Positions 14,155 to 17,214 of a stretch of DNA of 17,214 nucleotides are shown piece by piece (the first letter of the stretch is position 1; each line of letters starts with the position of its first letter). Source of the stretch: Candidatus Micrarchaeota archaeon (GTDB lineage: Archaea > Micrarchaeota > Micrarchaeia > Anstonellales > Bilamarchaeaceae); the NCBI GenBank assembly GCA_032123335.1, contig JAQBFN010000038.1, positions 1-17,214 on the forward strand, in the 5' to 3' direction. The notes under the pieces are model-generated. The model was not told the DNA's origin. It was given only the letters and a program-made list of their open reading frames with translations, and made no database searches. The position numbers and the translations under genes are program-made.

Positions 14155-17100
14155 TGAATCCATATAGTGGATGACTTGGCTGATATCAGCAAACCCACGT
14201 GGTAAGCTGCGATATGCCTGGGTTAGGTGCACGCAACCTTTGACCCCAGGATTTGGGTGTATGCCCTTCGGGAAACTGAAGTGCATAGTTACCCCGGGAA
14301 TTGAAACATCTTAGTACCGGGTGGAAGAGAAACCAATTGGGATTCGGTTAGTAAGGGTGACTGAAAGCCGAACAGACCGAGCTGAATTACCTGCAGTAAT
14401 GTAGGGGATATGTGGCGGGGAGTATCCATTCTTTGAGCAGAAGTCCTCTGGAAAGAGGCGCCCCAGCGGGTGACAGCCCCGTATGTTAAGGAGAATGGAA
14501 CGATCCAGGAAGAGTACCGTCCGTCGGATAAGGGGCGGGAATATGGGGGTATCAACCTCTAAGTCTAAATATTGGGTATCAGACCGATAGCGAATGAGTA
14601 ACGTGAGTGAATGTTGAAAAGGACCCCGGAAGGGGTGTCAAAAGACCCTGAAACTATATGGAGACAGGAAGGCAGAGCATGAAAGGGCTTTAGGGGTGCC
14701 GAAGTGAATTCCCGAAAGGGTTGGATCGAGGCATCTTTACCAGTGTTTTGTCATTCTTCTTGAAGCAAGAGCCATGGAGTTTATTCGTGTGGCGAGATGA
14801 GAATCGAAGCGAAAGCGAGCGCCCGCAGGAAACAAGGGGCGTCCTCTGAAAGGGGGATCAGTCACACGAATCAGACCCGAAGCCGGCGCGATCTATGCCA
14901 GAGCAGGGTGAAGCCAACTTGATCGTTGGTGGAGGCCCGCAACCAGTGCTAGTATATTCTGCTTGGGTGACTCTGGTATAGGGGTGATAGGCCAGTCGAG
15001 CCCGGCAATAGCGGGTTCCCTCTGAAATGTATCTCAGTACAGCGTCTCTCGAGGACGATGTGGAGGTAGAGCACTGATTGGGAAGAGCGGGATGGAAACA
15101 TCTCACTTTCCTATCAAACTCCGAATTCCGCATCTCTGTAGACAGGGGCAGTGGGGTGGTACCGGGTAAACCTGTACGCCCTTACGGAAACGACCGTACG
15201 CAGGGTTAAGGACCCTAAATTCTAGCTAAGTGTGACTCTTAAAGGAGTCTCTATCCTAAGACAACTGGAAGGTAGGCTTAGAAGCAGCCACCCTCTAACC
15301 AACGCGTAATAGCGGACCAGTCGAGGGTGCAGATTCTGAAAATTGACGGGGCTAAGCTAGATTCCGATACCCTGCCCGAACCAAAAGTTCATGGAGTAAG
15401 GGGGCGAGCGGGATGGATAGAAGCAAGGCGGTGACGTCTTGTGGACCGTTCTGTTACGAATATCATGGTGTCAGTAGTAGCATATCCAAGTGAGAATCTT
15501 GGACGTCTGATAGGGCACGGTTTCCTCAGCCATGTTTTTCAGCTGAGGGTTAGCCGATCCTAAGTGCACAGGTAACTCCGACTGCACGAAAGGGAAGCAG
15601 GTTAATATTCCTGCGCGATATAAGTAGATGTGGTAACACTAGTTCTATTCTTGACGTCTTGGGATAAGTCGAACCGGGGAGACCCGGTCTAACAGTGATA
15701 CTTCCGTGGAGTCTTATCATGAGGAGAAGCGGACGAAATGCTGGAATGGGAGCAATCTTTGACTAATTCCTGAGACCCATGAAAAGAGAATAGTTCCGAT
15801 CTTGTATCATCGTACCTAGAACTAATACAGGTGCCCCTGGCTGAAAAGGCCCAGACGTGGCAGGATAACCCAGGCAAGGGAACTCGGCAAATTAGTCCCG
15901 TAACTTTGGAAGAAGGGATGCCTACCATTTAGTAGATGGTAGGTGGCACTGACAAGGGGAGTGCGACTGTTTACCAAAAACACAGGTCATCGCTAGTTCG
16001 AAAGGATGTGTATGATGGCCGACGCCTGCCCACTGCTAGTACCTGAAAGCTCCGTTCAAGGAGAGGAAGGGCTGGTAAAGAGCGGGGGTAACTCTGACCC
16101 TCTTAAGGTAGCGTAAACAAGGTCATACTTTGTTTATATACAAAAAGAGGATTGCCTTAAGAATCGGCAAAGAGTTACTAGCAAGAACGCAATCAAAATT
16201 AAGTAGTGAGGAAATCCTCGTTATACTCATTTGAGTATGACCTTGGCGTAATACCTCGCCGCTTAATTGGCGGCTTGCATGAATGGCGTAACGTCGCTCC
16301 TACTGTCCCTGCTTGGGACCTGGTGAACTCACTTTCCGGTGAACATGCCGGAGACTCCTTGAGGGAAGAGAAGACCCCGTGGAGCTTTACTATAGCCTGT
16401 TGTTGTGATATTGCTGTAGCTACCGAGTGTAGATGGGAGCCTTCGAAGCCGCCTTTCCGGAGGCGGTGGAGGCGAAAGTGGAACACCATCTAGTTATGTC
16501 GGTATTGCTTACTCGAAAGAGGACAGCAGCAGGTGGATAGTTTGGCTGGGGCGGTACGCCCTCGATAGAGAAACAAGGGCGCCCAATGTTCTGCTCAGGC
16601 GGGTCAGAAATCCGCTGTAGAGGGTTAAAGACAAATGCAGGACTGACTGTGTTTCTATTAGCGTGGAACACAGAGGTGAAAGCCGGGCTTAACGAACCTT
16701 AGTATTCTATTGATGGGAATCTAAGCTGTCAGACAAGCTACCCCGGGGGTAACAGGCTCGTCGCGGGCGAGAGTACACATCGACCTCGCGGCTTGGTACA
16801 TCGCTGTCGGCTTGGGACATCCTGGAGGTGCAGGAGCCTCCAAGGGTTGGGTTGTACATCCATTAAAGTCCCACATGAGCTGGGTTCAGTACGTCGCGAG
16901 ACAGTACGGTAACATCTTCAAGGAGTGTTGGTTTCTGAGGGTAAGGATCTTTGAGTACGAGAGGAACAGAGATTCGAGGCCACTGGTGGACCAGTTGTGT
17001 CAATGCATCGCTGGGCAGCTACGCCTTACGTCGATAAGACCTGAAAGCATCTAAGGTCGAAGCGACTCCCAAAACGAGAAATCTAAAGACCGCTTATAAC

Positions 17101-17179
17101 AGATAAGTTTGATAGGAGTGGGGTGTAAGTCCTTAGGGAAACCGAGGGATTCAGCCTGCACTTACTAAAGGTATATCAT
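14154..17179 (+). rRNA. rrl: 23S rRNA, archaeal, complete, with one intron (ends approximate)
   Basis: Conserved blocks GAAACATCTTAGTACC, GACCGATAGCGAA, GGCTTAGAAGCAGCCA, GGCAAGGGAACTCGGCAAA, H69 GGGGTAACTCTGACCCTCTTAAGGTAGC, P-loop GGCTGGGGCGG, GAGCTGGGTT and sarcin-ricin loop AGTACGAGAGGAAC. About 2890 nt after intron removal. Confidence 0.98.
16117..16251 (+). other. 135-nt archaeal-type (BHB/BHL) intron in 23S rRNA
   Basis: AT-rich insert interrupting conserved AAGGTAGCGTAA^TACCTCGCCG. It has a 12-bp terminal stem CAAGGTCATACT/AGTATGACCTTG, a 4-bp GCGU/GCGU central helix and bulges AA^A and AA^U. Confidence 0.88.
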
Positions 17180-17196
17180 TCAAACTCTATGGCTAT
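17174..17196 (+). other. 3' arm of the pre-23S processing stem
   Basis: TATC-ATT-CAAACTCTATGGCTAT, complementary to 14132-14151. Confidence 0.85.
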
Positions 17197-17214
17197 TATA
17201 CTTCCTACTTATTT

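Noticed and set aside
16111..16251. 23S insert as a MITE (12-bp inverted repeats plus 6-bp GCGTAA 'target-site duplication')
   Set aside because: The repeats are asymmetric by one A, exactly as a 3-nt splice bulge requires, and an unspliced insertion here would probably inactivate the rRNA. The BHB intron reading explains all features.
16117..16251. Group I intron, or endless rolling-circle ORF (135 nt is a multiple of 3)
   Set aside because: Too short for a group I core, with no recognisable P7 and no terminal G. All three sense frames contain stop codons.
14056..17054. Short ORFs within the 23S rRNA region
   Set aside because: Shadow ORFs over rRNA sequence.

Overview
Archaeal chromosomal segment; a DPANN lineage such as Micrarchaeota is inferred from the gene types, the compact layout and the unlinked, divergent 23S gene, but not proven. 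In order it holds: the end of a gene with a Lys/Ala/Pro-rich tail; a 702-aa orphan; archaeal-type thrS; glmM-glmU-DUF460 on the + strand; a minus-strand run trpS > nop5 > metallophosphoesterase > GNAT > tRNA-Pro(UGG); an APC amino-acid permease; a 314-aa orphan; and a complete stand-alone 23S rRNA gene with its processing stem. The most unusual signals are: (1) a Nop5/Nop56 protein whose folded N-terminal domain appears replaced by a ~220-aa (S/D)REGG repeat tail; (2) four back-to-back perfect hairpins, all with G-N-N-A loops, directly upstream of nop5; (3) a 135-nt bulge-helix-bulge-type intron in the 23S rRNA at about E. coli 1938/1939, whose loop is exactly filled by a 34-codon ORF; (4) substitutions in the 23S peptidyl-transferase centre; (5) a DUF460 gene needing a non-canonical start or read-through of the glmU TAG; (6) a ThrRS lacking the motif-3 arginine. 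All alignments and folds were done by eye.
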